Shown: positions 15,688 through 26,427 of the stretch, in pieces | Position numbering within the stretch: the stretch's first letter is position 1 | Layout of the letters: each line of letters starts with the position of its first letter | Assembly: GCF_013315695.1 (NCBI RefSeq) | Contig: NZ_CP054353.1 | Length of the DNA: 64,000 nt | Origin: Escherichia coli | GTDB taxonomy: Bacteria; Pseudomonadota; Gammaproteobacteria; Enterobacterales; Enterobacteriaceae | Direction: 5' to 3' (one strand) | Made by a program: the position numbers and the translations under genes | The notes under the pieces: model-generated | Databases searched by the model: none | The model's input: the letters and a program-made list of their open reading frames with translations, nothing else | What the model was told of the DNA's origin: nothing

Positions 15688-17207
15688 GCCAGTTCACGCC
15701 GGTAATACCAGACACTTCCGGTTATGATGCCCCTCCCGTTCTGTTGCCCTACCAGCAGCGCTGGGTGGCAGATGCCTCTCCGCTTAAGGTGATAGAAAAG
15801 AGCCGTCGTACCGGTATTACATGGGCTGAGGCATCCGATAACGTACTGACCGCCGCCTCTTCTGCGCCAGCAGGCGGGATGAATGTGTATTACATCGCTT
15901 ATAACCAGGACATGACCGTCGAATACATTCAGGCGTGTGCGATGTGGGCACGGGCATTCAACTATGCGGCCAGTGAAATTGAAGAAGGATTCTGGGAAGA
16001 GGACGACGACGACAAACACATCAAGACTTACACCATCAAATTTCCTGACTCCGGCTTTCGTATTGTTGCGCTCTCCAGCCGCCCGTCTAACCTGCGTGGC
16101 CGTCAGGGTATTATTGTTATCGACGAAGCGGCGTTCCATGAGCAACTGGACGAACTGCTGAAAGCGGCGCTGGCGATGCTTATCTGGGGGGGAAAGGTAC
16201 GCGTTATCTCCACCCATGACGGTGACGACAATCCGTTCAATACGCTTATCGGGGATATCCGTGCCGGACGTCAGGGAGGCAGCGTACATCGCATCACTTT
16301 CCGGGAAGCCGTATCTGAGGGGCTGTTCCGGCGCGTCTGTCTGCGCACCGGGAAGGAATGGTCAGAGGCATCCGAGCAGGCCTGGATGGCGTCGGTGTAC
16401 AAATTCTACGCTGCCGGCGCATCCGAAGAGCTTGACTGTATTCCGGTCAACGGTGGCGGCGCCTGGCTGTCCCGTGCCCTGATAGAGTCCCGCATGTCCG
16501 CTGATACGCCGGTATTGCGTCTGACCTGTCAGGAAGGTTATGAACTGCTGTCTGATGAGGTTCGCTTCCACGAGACACAGGACTGGCTTGATGAGCATCT
16601 GAAACCCTTGCTGGAGGCACTCCCCGCTGATGCCCGCTCTTTCCTGGGGCGCGACTTTGGCCGTAGCGGTGATTTGTCGGTGGACTATCCCCTGCTGCAG
16701 GAGAAGAACCTGGTACGACGCGTGCCATTCGTACTGGAGCTGCGTAACGTGCCGTTCAGACAGCAGGAGCAAATCACCTGGTATCTGATGGATGGCCTGC
16801 CCGGTCTACTGGGTGCAGCGTTTGATGCCCGTGGTAATGGTGCCTATCTGGCTGAATACGCCATGCAGCGCTACGGCTCCAGCCGGGTTCAGCAGGTGAT
16901 GCCAACTGAAGGCTGGTACCGGGAGCATATGCCTCCGGTCAAAGCTGCACTGGAAGACGGTAACCTGGTGGACTTACCAAAGGATGAAGACACACTGGAT
17001 GACCTGCGGGCCGTTCAGGTGGTGAACGGTGTCCCCCGCGTGCCGGAGCAACGCTCAAAAGCAAAGGCTGACGGTGGTAAACGCCACGGGGATTCAGCCA
17101 TCGCACTGGCGCTGGCGTATTTCGCCAGCCGTGAAATTAACAAAGGGCCGGTGAAGGCAAGCTCACGCCGTCGTCGTCAGGCGGCCCGTATGCTGGAGGG
17201 ATTCTGA
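15684..17207 (+). CDS. Terminase large subunit (Mu gp28-like)
   Basis: 507 aa, directly before the portal gene; size and position typical of Mu-type TerL. Confidence 0.8.
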   Translation: MSQFTPVIPDTSGYDAPPVLLPYQQRWVADASPLKVIEKSRRTGITWAEASDNVLTAASSAPAGGMNVYYIAYNQDMTVEYIQACAMWARAFNYAASEIEEGFWEEDDDDKHIKTYTIKFPDSGFRIVALSSRPSNLRGRQGIIVIDEAAFHEQLDELLKAALAMLIWGGKVRVISTHDGDDNPFNTLIGDIRAGRQGGSVHRITFREAVSEGLFRRVCLRTGKEWSEASEQAWMASVYKFYAAGASEELDCIPVNGGGAWLSRALIESRMSADTPVLRLTCQEGYELLSDEVRFHETQDWLDEHLKPLLEALPADARSFLGRDFGRSGDLSVDYPLLQEKNLVRRVPFVLELRNVPFRQQEQITWYLMDGLPGLLGAAFDARGNGAYLAEYAMQRYGSSRVQQVMPTEGWYREHMPPVKAALEDGNLVDLPKDEDTLDDLRAVQVVNGVPRVPEQRSKAKADGGKRHGDSAIALALAYFASREINKGPVKASSRRRRQAARMLEGF

Positions 17208-18700
17208 TGGCGAGGGGTATCTGGGTTTCACCCGATGAATTTGTTGCTTTTTCTGAGCCTCAGAAATCACTGACCGCGCAGATTGCCTCCCGCAGCCGCG
17301 CGATCGACTTTTACGGACTGGGCATGTATCTGCCCAATCCTGATCCCATTCTCAAGGCTCAGGGACGGGATATCCGTATCTACCGCGAACTGCGCACCGA
17401 CCCGCTGGTCGGGGGCTGTATCCGCAGACGTAAAGCAGCGCTCAAATCGCTGGAGCGTGGACTGGAGCGTGGTCACGCCTCTGCCCGGGTCTTCCGTTTC
17501 ATCCGCGACATGCTCGACGATCTGGATCTGTCCCGCATCATCGGTGAAATGAGCGATGCCGTGCTCTACGGGTATCAGCCCTGTGAAATCATGTGGGGCC
17601 GTTCGGTCAGGGCGTGGGCGGTGACGGATATTGTCGGCAAACCGCCTGAGTGGTTTCAGTTTGATACGGACAACTGCCTGCGCTTCCGGGCGCGTGATGC
17701 GGGTGTGGAGGGTGAGCTGCTGTCACCGTCAAAATTCGTGGTGCCGGCACAGGATGCCTCGTATGACAATCCTTACGGTTTCCCTGACCTGTCCATGTGC
17801 TTCTGGCCGGTCGCCTTCAAGAAAGGCGGGATGAAATTCTGGCTCCGCTTTGCCGAAAAGTTTGGCTCCCCGTGGGTGATCGGTAAGCACCCGAGGGGCG
17901 CAAATGATGCAGAGATTGAAAAACTGCTGGACTCCATGGAGCAGATGGTGGAGGACGCGGTGGCCGCCATCCCCGATGACAGCAGTATTGAGCTCAGGGC
18001 AGCGGATGGCAAGGCAGACAGCAGCGAGGTATTTCGCGAGCTGATCACACTGTCACGCAGTGAGATCTCCATTGCATTACTCGGTCAGAATCAGACCACG
18101 GAAGCGAACAGTAACAAGGCCTCTGCACAGGCCGGGCTGGAGGTAACGGCTGATATCCGCGATGCGGATGCGGACATCATTCAGGCGGCAGTGAATCAGG
18201 TCATCAGAACGGTGGTCACCCTGAACTTCGGCGATGTGCCGTGTCCGGTCTGGGCCATGTGGGAACAGGAGGCCATTGATGACACCCGCGCCACCCGCGA
18301 CGAAAAACTCACCCGCGCGGGACTGCGCCTGACCCCGCAGTACTTCATGCGGGAGTACCAGCTGCAGGAGGGGGATATTGACCTCTCTGATGCACCGGTT
18401 GCGGACGGGGCAGTGCCTGCGGAATTTGCCGAGGCGATAAGCGCCGATCATGATGCACAACAGCAGCTTGACGACGCGCTGGACATTCTGATGAACGGAG
18501 GTGTGTTAAATGGCACGCTGGAACCCGTCCTGGCACCTCTGTTTAAGCGGGTCGAAAATGGGGTTAACCCGTCTGAGCTGCTGGGCGAACTGGCGGAGCT
18601 CTACCCTCAGATGAACACGGACGATCTGCAGGAACGGTTGGCCCGCATTCTCTTTGTGGCAAATATCTGGGGGCGTCTGCATGAGCGTGACAACGGCTGA
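17207..18700 (+). CDS. Portal protein (Mu gp29-like)
   Basis: 497 aa; position between the terminase and head-morphogenesis genes. Confidence 0.8.
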   Translation: MARGIWVSPDEFVAFSEPQKSLTAQIASRSRAIDFYGLGMYLPNPDPILKAQGRDIRIYRELRTDPLVGGCIRRRKAALKSLERGLERGHASARVFRFIRDMLDDLDLSRIIGEMSDAVLYGYQPCEIMWGRSVRAWAVTDIVGKPPEWFQFDTDNCLRFRARDAGVEGELLSPSKFVVPAQDASYDNPYGFPDLSMCFWPVAFKKGGMKFWLRFAEKFGSPWVIGKHPRGANDAEIEKLLDSMEQMVEDAVAAIPDDSSIELRAADGKADSSEVFRELITLSRSEISIALLGQNQTTEANSNKASAQAGLEVTADIRDADADIIQAAVNQVIRTVVTLNFGDVPCPVWAMWEQEAIDDTRATRDEKLTRAGLRLTPQYFMREYQLQEGDIDLSDAPVADGAVPAEFAEAISADHDAQQQLDDALDILMNGGVLNGTLEPVLAPLFKRVENGVNPSELLGELAELYPQMNTDDLQERLARILFVANIWGRLHERDNG

Positions 18701-19502
18701 ACTGGCGTACTGCATGACGCTTCCCCCGAAGCGGGCAGTCAGTTACCTGAAGTCCAAAGGGTATCAGATTACCTGGGACTGGGAAGAAATGTGGCAGGAG
18801 GCCCATGCCCGCGCCTTTACCGTTGCTAAAGTGACCCGCCTGGATATCCTGGAAGATATTCGCGGGGCACTGCAGCAGGCTGTCGATGAAGGAAAAACCG
18901 ATCGCTGGTTCCGGCAGGAGCTGGAGCCGGTGCTGAAGCGTAAGGGATGGTGGGGACCACGTGACACGACTGACCCGGTAACGGGTAAGCCGGTCACCAT
19001 TCAGCAGGGCAGTCCGTGGCGGCTCGATACCATCTTTCGCACCAATATGTCCGTACTCTACAGCGCCGGTCGTTGGGCGGAACAGATGGAAAACGTCGAC
19101 GACAGGCCGTACTGGATGTATACCGGCATCAACGACAGCCATACCCGCAGGAGCCATCTGGCGCTGCATGGTCTGGTGCTGCGCTGGGATGACCCGTTCT
19201 GGCAGGCATTTTACCCGCCGAACGGCTGGCGCTGCCGCTGTAGTGTGATTGCCCTGAGTGCGGCGGATGTACGTGCCCGTGGCCTGAAGGTTATCAGCTC
19301 CGGCTCTGCCATGGGCCAGGAACTGAAACTGGTCTCAGAGAAAACCGGCGAAATGCGGAACGTGGCCACCTTTAATACCGGCACCACGAAGGTGACCACC
19401 GACGTCGGCTGGTCTTATGCACCGGGGGCAGCATACCGTCCCGACCTGGCCCGCTATCAGGGTACGCTTCAGCCACTGGCACAACAGGAACTGAGAGGAT
19501 AA
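18681..19502 (+). CDS. Head morphogenesis protein (Mu F-like)
   Basis: ATG at 18681 overlapping the portal stop; track ORF begins at 18654 with TTG; follows the portal as in Mu. Confidence 0.7.
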   Translation: MSVTTAELAYCMTLPPKRAVSYLKSKGYQITWDWEEMWQEAHARAFTVAKVTRLDILEDIRGALQQAVDEGKTDRWFRQELEPVLKRKGWWGPRDTTDPVTGKPVTIQQGSPWRLDTIFRTNMSVLYSAGRWAEQMENVDDRPYWMYTGINDSHTRRSHLALHGLVLRWDDPFWQAFYPPNGWRCRCSVIALSAADVRARGLKVISSGSAMGQELKLVSEKTGEMRNVATFNTGTTKVTTDVGWSYAPGAAYRPDLARYQGTLQPLAQQELRG

Positions 19503-19504
19503 CA

Positions 19505-19963
19505 ATGGCTTCCGATAACCTGGTCAGTATCACCATTAACGATAAATCCCTGCGCCGGAGCCTCCGTGCGCTGGATCTTGCTGCCACAGACCTGGAGCCC
19601 GCGATGCGCAAAATCGCCGGAACCCTGCTGGCGGAAACACAGTTTAACTTTCTTGATGAGGGGCGTCCGGGGTGGATCCCCTCGCTGGCAGCGGAAGAAC
19701 GTGACGGGCAGACACTGCAGGATACCGGGCGTCTGATGGGGTCAGTATCAACCGACCATGACGACCGGCAGGCTGTTGTGGGGACCAACGTTGTTTACGG
19801 TGCCATTCACCAGTTCGGGGGTAAAACGGGGCGTAATGAGTCTGTTGAACTTCCGGCCCGCCCGTTCCTGCCGGTGACGGGGGATGGAGAACTACAGCCT
19901 GAAGTGGTAATCCCCATCCTCGATACCATTGTCCGCCATCTTGAATCAGCGGCCCGTCGCTGA
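19505..19963 (+). CDS. Virion morphogenesis protein (Mu G-like)
   Basis: 152 aa ORF following the F-like gene. Confidence 0.6.
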   Translation: MASDNLVSITINDKSLRRSLRALDLAATDLEPAMRKIAGTLLAETQFNFLDEGRPGWIPSLAAEERDGQTLQDTGRLMGSVSTDHDDRQAVVGTNVVYGAIHQFGGKTGRNESVELPARPFLPVTGDGELQPEVVIPILDTIVRHLESAARR

Positions 19964-20177
19964 GTTTTCTCTCTTCAGGCGGGTGATTTATCATTGCCAG
20001 CGAATGAGGGGCTGTATTACCTTTATAAAGGCTTTACAGCCTCTGTTTTATAACCGCCTCCGGTTCACCGCATTGCTTTCCCTGTCCTTCTCCCCTGATG
20101 TTTTCTAAAGCAGATTAAAATCGCCGGGCCTGCATTTCTCACAAACTGTCTCCGACAACATAACGCGGGACAGCAAA

Positions 20178-21293
20178 ATGTCAGCCATTCACATTTTTAA
20201 AGCCGGTACTCATACCGATATGCACGGCAAAAAACTGCCGTTCACGCCAGACGATCTTGCCGCCTGCGTGAAAGCCTATGACCCGTCCGTCCATGAAGCA
20301 CCACTCGTGATTGGTCATCCCAGAACGGAAGACCCGGCGTGGGGCTGGGTGAAAGCCCTGTCGCTCAGCGGCGTCGATCTGATGGCAGAGCCTGCCCAGC
20401 TGGACCCGCAGTTTGCTGAGATGGTCACCGACGGACGATTCAAAAAAGTGTCCGCCTCTTTCTACCTCCCGGATTCACCGTCCAATCCGAAGCCCGGCGT
20501 GCTCTACCTTCGCCATGTGGGCTTTCTCGGGGCACAGCCACCTTCCGTCAAGGGGCTGAAACAGGTGTCCTTCAGTGAGCAGGAAGAAGGTGTGGTGGAG
20601 TTCGCCGACTGGCAGGCCATCACGAATGCCTCCCTGTGGGGAAAGCTGCGCGATTTTCTGATCGCCCGCTTCAGTCTGGACGAGGCAGAAAAAGTCCTGC
20701 CGGAATGGCAGCTCAACAGTCTGCGCGAAGAGGCGTACCGCGACACACTGTCGCAGGATGCAGCAGGTGCACAATTCAGTGAGACAGGCCCGGGGCCGTC
20801 TTCCGCAAGTAACGAGGAATCATCGATGACAAAAGAAGAGATTGAAGCCCTTCAGGAGGAGAACCGCCGCTTGAAGCAGCAGGCTGCTGATCGCGATGCG
20901 CGTGATGCACAGGTCAGACAGGAGCAACTGCATAAGGACAATGTGGCCTTTGCAGAAAAACTGGTCGCAGAGGGCCGTCTGGCTCCCCGCGCCTCCTCCG
21001 TGGTGGTTGCCCTGCTGGATGCCGTCGCCGGTGGCGACAAGCCGGTGGAGTTTGCTGAGGGGGAAAGCCGCACACCGCTGGCCACCGCCTTTCGTTCATT
21101 GCTCTCCGACGGGGAGCCGGTGATGAATTTCGCCGAACAGGCCACAAAAGAGCGTGTCGGCGACACGGTGAAGGTGGATGTGGCAGAGTTTGCGGAAGCC
21201 GATCCTGAGCGTCTGGCCCTGCATCAGAAAGCAGTGGCCCTGTCCAAAAAAGAAGGCATCAGCTATGAGGCTGCTGTCGCACGCTGCCTGTAA
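20178..21293 (+). CDS. Head protease / scaffold protein (Mu I-like)
   Basis: 371 aa immediately upstream of the major capsid gene; acidic coiled-coil C-terminal half typical of scaffolds. Confidence 0.65.
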   Translation: MSAIHIFKAGTHTDMHGKKLPFTPDDLAACVKAYDPSVHEAPLVIGHPRTEDPAWGWVKALSLSGVDLMAEPAQLDPQFAEMVTDGRFKKVSASFYLPDSPSNPKPGVLYLRHVGFLGAQPPSVKGLKQVSFSEQEEGVVEFADWQAITNASLWGKLRDFLIARFSLDEAEKVLPEWQLNSLREEAYRDTLSQDAAGAQFSETGPGPSSASNEESSMTKEEIEALQEENRRLKQQAADRDARDAQVRQEQLHKDNVAFAEKLVAEGRLAPRASSVVVALLDAVAGGDKPVEFAEGESRTPLATAFRSLLSDGEPVMNFAEQATKERVGDTVKVDVAEFAEADPERLALHQKAVALSKKEGISYEAAVARCL

Positions 21294-21307
21294 TTTAAGG
21301 AGAGAGC

Positions 21308-22261
21308 ATGTCTGATTACTTAAAAGGTAAACGTGTCGTTGATCCGGTACTGACCAGTATCGCCCGTGGCTATAAAAATGCCGCATTCATCGGCGAACGT
21401 ATTTTCCCCGTCGTGCTGACGGACAAGGAAGGCGTGCGTGTACCGACCTTCGGGAAAACCGCCTTTGTGGAATATGACACCGAGCGTGCCGTCGGGGCGG
21501 ACAGCAATGTTCTGGTCCGTGAAAAAACAGGCACGCTGGACCTGGTGCTGGGTGAACACGATCTGGCTGCGCCGGTGGACTATCGCGAGCAGGCGGAGTC
21601 CATGTTTAACGAAGAGAGCAAGGCCATCCGTCGCGCCACGAATGGCGTGAACCTGCGCCGTGAACTTATCGCTGCCCGTCTGGCTCAGGATGAAAAGGTC
21701 TACCGTACCGGGCACGTCAAAAAACTGACAGCCAGTGATCGCTGGGCCGGTGGTAAGGGGGACCCCATCGGGGTGATTGAAGCCGGTATGGAAGCGGTCC
21801 GTACGGCCACGGGGCTGCGTCCTAACCTGATGACCATGGGGGCCGGCGTGATGGCGCTGCTGAAGTTCCACCCGGCGATTCAGGCCGCCATCGGAGCCAA
21901 CGAACGCAAGCGCATCACCACAGAAATCCTGCAGGACCTCTTTCAGATCGAAGAGATCGTCATCGGTGCCCCAGTCTCCCTGCCGTCCATGAAAGCGGCA
22001 ATGGATAAGAACAGCGTGCCGGCGGATATCTGGGGAGACAATCTGATGCTGCACTATGTCGGCAAACCGCAGCCGGGGGCGGACAGCGCGGACGAGAACG
22101 AGCCGTCCTTCGGCTACACCCTGCGTCGTAAGGGGATGCCTGTTGCCGACAAATACGACGGAGCCGGTGGCAAGGTGAAGTACTGCCGTTATACCGATAT
22201 CTACAAAGTCGCCGTGGTTGGTGGCGATGCCGGGTATCTCATTACCGGTATCAGTAAATAA
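21308..22261 (+). CDS. Major capsid protein (Mu T-like)
   Basis: 317 aa with strong RBS (aggagag) after the protease/scaffold gene. Confidence 0.8.
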   Translation: MSDYLKGKRVVDPVLTSIARGYKNAAFIGERIFPVVLTDKEGVRVPTFGKTAFVEYDTERAVGADSNVLVREKTGTLDLVLGEHDLAAPVDYREQAESMFNEESKAIRRATNGVNLRRELIAARLAQDEKVYRTGHVKKLTASDRWAGGKGDPIGVIEAGMEAVRTATGLRPNLMTMGAGVMALLKFHPAIQAAIGANERKRITTEILQDLFQIEEIVIGAPVSLPSMKAAMDKNSVPADIWGDNLMLHYVGKPQPGADSADENEPSFGYTLRRKGMPVADKYDGAGGKVKYCRYTDIYKVAVVGGDAGYLITGISK

Positions 22262-22270
22262 GGAGGCGTT

Positions 22271-22609
22271 ATGGGAACCACTCAGCAGGTCATTCTGATC
22301 ACAACCGTAACGGCAGGGGCAGCACTGGCACAGCAGCGTTTTGTCGGGGCAGATAATACCCCCTGTAAAGCCGGTGCCGCAGCGCTCGGGGTTGCCGAAG
22401 TGGATGCTGTTACCGGCGACAGCACGCCGGTGAGCGTTCTGGGCATTATTGCTGTCGAGGCCGGGGCCGCTGTCAGCCGTGGTGTGGCTGTTCAGTCAGA
22501 TGCTCAGGCCAGAGCCGTGCCGCAGTCCGGCGACGGTAAATCCTGTGGTATTGCACTTGATGAAGCCGGGGGTGAAGGCGACGTCATTCGTATCCTGCGC
22601 GGGGTGTGA
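22271..22609 (+). CDS. Hypothetical head-associated protein
   Basis: 112 aa Ala/Gly/Val-rich ORF downstream of the major capsid gene. Confidence 0.45.
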   Translation: MGTTQQVILITTVTAGAALAQQRFVGADNTPCKAGAAALGVAEVDAVTGDSTPVSVLGIIAVEAGAAVSRGVAVQSDAQARAVPQSGDGKSCGIALDEAGGEGDVIRILRGV

Positions 22610-22610
22610 C

Positions 22611-23057
22611 ATGTACTGCACCCTGGAGGATTTGCTTGCGCAGGTGCCGGAGCGGACGCTTATCGAGCTCACCAGTGAAGAGATGGACTTCGACTCACCT
22701 GCAACAGTGAATACCCGTGTGGTGGACAGCTGTATCCGCTATGCCGACGAGCTGATTGATGCCCATCTGCGCGGACGCTATATCCTGCCACTGGCAGAGA
22801 TACCGACTGTTCTGCGGGACATTGCCATCACGCTGGTCCGTTACCGGCTCTACGCCCGCCGCCCGGAAGGTGACCTCCCGGATACGGTGAAGGATGACCA
22901 CAAAGAAGCGCTGCGGCAACTCAGGGAGTTACGTGATAACAGGCTCACGCTGGGGCTGCCGTCCACTCAGAAAGATGTGCCTGAGCCTGGCGAGTTTCGT
23001 GTACGCAGTCGCCCGGCTACTTTCGGCGGTCGTGACGGTTTACTGGAGAAATACTGA
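22611..23057 (+). CDS. Head completion / connector-like protein (Mu gp36-position)
   Basis: ATG at 22611 directly after the preceding stop; track ORF 22449..23057 extends upstream in the same frame. Confidence 0.55.
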   Translation: MYCTLEDLLAQVPERTLIELTSEEMDFDSPATVNTRVVDSCIRYADELIDAHLRGRYILPLAEIPTVLRDIAITLVRYRLYARRPEGDLPDTVKDDHKEALRQLRELRDNRLTLGLPSTQKDVPEPGEFRVRSRPATFGGRDGLLEKY

Positions 23058-23521
23058 TGAACGTTCTGCCCGTCCTTGATGCGGTACTGGCCCGGTTACG
23101 CGAGAAGCTGCCGCAACTGCAGGTGGAGTACTTCCCGGAGAAACCGGCTGAATATCGCCTGAACCATCCGGTTGGCGCGTTGCTGTTGAGCTATGCCGGT
23201 TCGCGCTTTGACAGGCCGGATGATACCGGTGCAGTGATCCAGTCTCAGACTATCCAGCTCTGCGTCACGGTGGTCTTCCGCCAGCTCAACGGTAAAAAAG
23301 GGGCGATTAATGTCCTGGATGCTGTCCGCCGCATTCTCGGTGGCCACACCCCGCCCGGCTGCCGCCGCCGTATCTGGCTGACCCGCGAGGTGTTTATCGG
23401 TGAAGTCAGGGGGCTGTGGCAGTACGCCCTCGACTTCGCGACTGAAAGCGTCTTTATCGAAGACAGCGATTTACCGTCCGGCCCGCTGTTAACCGAAGTG
23501 AACTATGAGGAAAGCGAGTGA
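23057..23521 (+). CDS. Hypothetical tail-completion protein (Mu gp37-position)
   Basis: 154 aa, start overlaps the previous stop. Confidence 0.5.
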   Translation: MNVLPVLDAVLARLREKLPQLQVEYFPEKPAEYRLNHPVGALLLSYAGSRFDRPDDTGAVIQSQTIQLCVTVVFRQLNGKKGAINVLDAVRRILGGHTPPGCRRRIWLTREVFIGEVRGLWQYALDFATESVFIEDSDLPSGPLLTEVNYEESE

Positions 23522-23772
23522 TGAAAGAATACCGCTATTCCGGCCCGGCCAGCGGCGTCACGCTGTCGGACGGAACCGAAATCCTGCTCTGGCCGGGGAA
23601 GACGGTTTCCCTGCCGGAGGAGCATGACTACGTGAAGGTACTGGTGGCGCTGAAACATCTGACGCCGGTACCTGAAGAGACTAAACCCGCCGGCACACCG
23701 GCTGTGCAGTCACCAAAGCGCAGAAGCAGCAGTGACAGCGAAGTGAAAACGGAGGACACCCATGGCAGCTAA
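23518..23772 (+). CDS. Hypothetical protein (Mu gp38-position)
   Basis: 84 aa, coupled between neighbouring genes. Confidence 0.45.
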   Translation: MMKEYRYSGPASGVTLSDGTEILLWPGKTVSLPEEHDYVKVLVALKHLTPVPEETKPAGTPAVQSPKRRSSSDSEVKTEDTHGS

Positions 23773-25189
23773 CTATCTGCATGGTCCCGAAACCATTGAG
23801 GTGGAAAACGGTGCCCGCCCGGTTAAAACGGTGAAATCTGCCGTTATTGGCCTGATTGGTACCGCCCCGATGGGGGATGTCAATACGCTGGTACAGTGCC
23901 TGTCTGAGAAAGACGCAGCGGCATTTGGCAGCCAGTTCACCGGCTTTACCATTCCGCAGGCGCTGGATGCGATTTATGACCATGGTGCAGGTATCGTTCT
24001 GGTCATTAACGTCCTCGACCCGGCGAAACATAAAACGGCGATCGAGGATGAGGTGGTTACCTTTGACAAATCGACAGGGCAGGCCAGACTGGCGCATCCG
24101 GTTGTCGCTAATGTGGTGGTGAAAAACAGTGAAGGCAGCACCTCCCACACGGCGAACACGGACTACCGTGTTGATGCGCAGGCGGGTGTGCTCACGAACC
24201 TGGGCAAGGCTATTGAGGCCGGTGGCAGCGTGAAGGTGAGCTATGAGTACGCGGACCCGTCGAAGGTGACTGCGGCGGACATCATCGGCGGGGTGAACAG
24301 CGCCGGAAACCGAACCGGCATGAAGCTGCTTAACGACAGCTTCAACCTGTACGGCTATTTCGCCAAAATTCTGATTGCGCCGGTGTTCTGCACCCAGAAG
24401 AGTGTCGCAGTTGAGCTTATCGCCATGGCAGAGAAGCTGGGCGCGGTAACCTACATTGATGCGCCTGTCGGTACCACCTTTGCACAGGCTCTGGCAGGTC
24501 GTGGCCCGGAAGGCACCATCAACTTCAATACCAGCTCCGACCGCGTCCGTCTGTGCTATCCGCATGTGAAGGTATATGACCCGGTGACAAACACAGAGCG
24601 TCTGGAGCCGCTCAGCCAGCGTGCAGCAGGTCTGCGTGCCAGAGTCGATCTGGACAAGGGCTACTGGTGGTCATCCTCCAATCAGGAGATTCTGGGGATC
24701 ACTGGCGTGGAGCGCCAGCTGTCCGCGATGATTGATGACCCGCAGAGTGAGGTGAACCTGCTTAACGAACAGGGGATCACCACGGTATTCAGCAGTTACG
24801 GCAGCGGCCTTCGTCTGTGGGGTAACCGGACGGCAGCATGGCCAACGGTCACCCATATGCGTAACTTTGAGAACGTTCGCCGCACCGGTGATGTGATCAA
24901 CGAGTCCATTCGTTATTTCAGCCAGCAGTACATCGACATGCCGATTACTCAGGCGCTGATTGATGCACTGACGGAGTCGGTCAACGCCTACGGTCGCAAA
25001 ATGACTGGTGATGGTGCGGTACTGGGCTTCCGTTGCTGGTTTGATCCGGCCCGCAATCCGGAGACGGAGCTGGCCGCCGGGCACCTGTTGCTGAGCTACA
25101 AATATACGCCACCACCGCCGCTGGAGCGACTGACGTTTGAGACTGAGATCACCTCGGAATACCTGTTAACCCTGAAAGGGGGCAACTGA
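23762..25189 (+). CDS. Tail sheath protein (Mu L-like)
   Basis: 475 aa immediately followed by the tail tube gene. Confidence 0.8.
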   Translation: MAANYLHGPETIEVENGARPVKTVKSAVIGLIGTAPMGDVNTLVQCLSEKDAAAFGSQFTGFTIPQALDAIYDHGAGIVLVINVLDPAKHKTAIEDEVVTFDKSTGQARLAHPVVANVVVKNSEGSTSHTANTDYRVDAQAGVLTNLGKAIEAGGSVKVSYEYADPSKVTAADIIGGVNSAGNRTGMKLLNDSFNLYGYFAKILIAPVFCTQKSVAVELIAMAEKLGAVTYIDAPVGTTFAQALAGRGPEGTINFNTSSDRVRLCYPHVKVYDPVTNTERLEPLSQRAAGLRARVDLDKGYWWSSSNQEILGITGVERQLSAMIDDPQSEVNLLNEQGITTVFSSYGSGLRLWGNRTAAWPTVTHMRNFENVRRTGDVINESIRYFSQQYIDMPITQALIDALTESVNAYGRKMTGDGAVLGFRCWFDPARNPETELAAGHLLLSYKYTPPPPLERLTFETEITSEYLLTLKGGN

Positions 25190-25710
25190 TGTCAAAGATT
25201 GAGATAAACCGCATCACGAATGCCAACATCTATCTGGATGGTACTAACCTGCTGGGACGGGCTGAGGAAGTTAAACTCCCCGATGTCTCCATGATTATGC
25301 AGGAACACAAGGCGCTGGGGATGGTGGGTAAGGTGGAACTCCCGGCTGGTTTTGACAAACTGGAAGGCGAAATCAAATGGAACAGCTTTTACCGCGATGC
25401 GATGCTGTCTGCCGCGAACCCGTACAGGTCGCTGGCACTGCAGTGTCGTTCCAGCGTCCAGCGCTACAGCTCGCAGGGGCTGATTGACGAAATCCCGCTG
25501 GTCACCTTCCTGACGATTATGTTCAAGAAGAACCCGCTGGGGACGTTCAAACAGCACGAGAACGCCGAGTTCTCCAGTAGCTTCACCTGCACGTATATCA
25601 GACAGGTACTGGATGGTGAAGAGCTGCTGCAACTGGACTATCTGGCCAACATCTTCCGGGTCGGCGGTGTTGATCAACTGACTGACTACCGTATCAATAT
25701 CGGGGGCTGA
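25189..25710 (+). CDS. Tail tube protein (Mu M-like)
   Basis: 173 aa between sheath and chaperone/tape-measure genes. Confidence 0.75.
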   Translation: MSKIEINRITNANIYLDGTNLLGRAEEVKLPDVSMIMQEHKALGMVGKVELPAGFDKLEGEIKWNSFYRDAMLSAANPYRSLALQCRSSVQRYSSQGLIDEIPLVTFLTIMFKKNPLGTFKQHENAEFSSSFTCTYIRQVLDGEELLQLDYLANIFRVGGVDQLTDYRINIGG

Positions 25711-25712
25711 CG

Positions 25713-25994
25713 GTGAGTGTTGAACTGACGGATAAAGGAGGACGATGTGCGGCACTGGGCATGTCAAATGGTACGTGGTTTACCCTCCTTGATATTCCGG
25801 GGGTGGAAACCCTTTTTAATACCCGTAAAACCAATGACCCGATTGACTGCACACGTTCAAAGGCCCGCAAACTGGCGGATTTGATTGAAGCATGGGAGCC
25901 TCCCGACCACTGGTTCTCCGGCATCGGCAAATCTGAGGGAAAGACGCTTCTCATCGCTTTCCTGCGTAACTGCAAGGGGTTTCGCACTTGCTGA
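25713..25994 (+). CDS. Hypothetical protein, uncertain
   Basis: 93 aa track ORF between tube and chaperone genes; no motif. Confidence 0.3.
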   Translation: MSVELTDKGGRCAALGMSNGTWFTLLDIPGVETLFNTRKTNDPIDCTRSKARKLADLIEAWEPPDHWFSGIGKSEGKTLLIAFLRNCKGFRTC

Positions 25995-26091
25995 CATCAC
26001 AGGGGCTCCGGCCCCTTCTTCTTAATCTCCTTTAATATCCGTCACGCGCTTCTCCCGACATACTGCCCTGAACTTACACAGGAGCACAATC

Positions 26092-26427
26092 ATGTCACAG
26101 ACCCCATCCGATACTTTTAAATTGTCTTATCCCTTCACCACTGCTGCAGGCACCAGAATTGAGCTGGTTGAACTGAAACGCCTGACGGTAAAAGACCTGA
26201 AGCAGGTGCGCAAAATCAGCAAAAACCCGGCAGACTGGGACGAACCGCTGATTGCCCGCAGTACTGGTCTTCTCCCGGAAGATCTCGACAATATGGATCT
26301 GGCTGATTACCTGCAGTTACAGAAACGATTTCAGCTCATCACGGGGATGGGTGAGAGCAACCAGGGCGCTGACGCAGGCGCAGGGGCTGCTGGCGAGATG
26401 GTTCCGGTTTCAGCCGGGGGAGATTGA
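26092..26427 (+). CDS. Tail assembly chaperone
   Basis: 111 aa immediately upstream of the tape measure gene; overlapped by a second frame (26252..26509). Confidence 0.55.
   Translation: MSQTPSDTFKLSYPFTTAAGTRIELVELKRLTVKDLKQVRKISKNPADWDEPLIARSTGLLPEDLDNMDLADYLQLQKRFQLITGMGESNQGADAGAGAAGEMVPVSAGGD

Noticed and set aside
21320-22054. 244-aa minus-strand ORF
   Set aside because: Entirely antisense to the major capsid gene, which sits in the conserved head-gene order with a strong RBS.
23681-24565. 294-aa minus-strand ORF
   Set aside because: Antisense to the tail sheath gene; no RBS or context.
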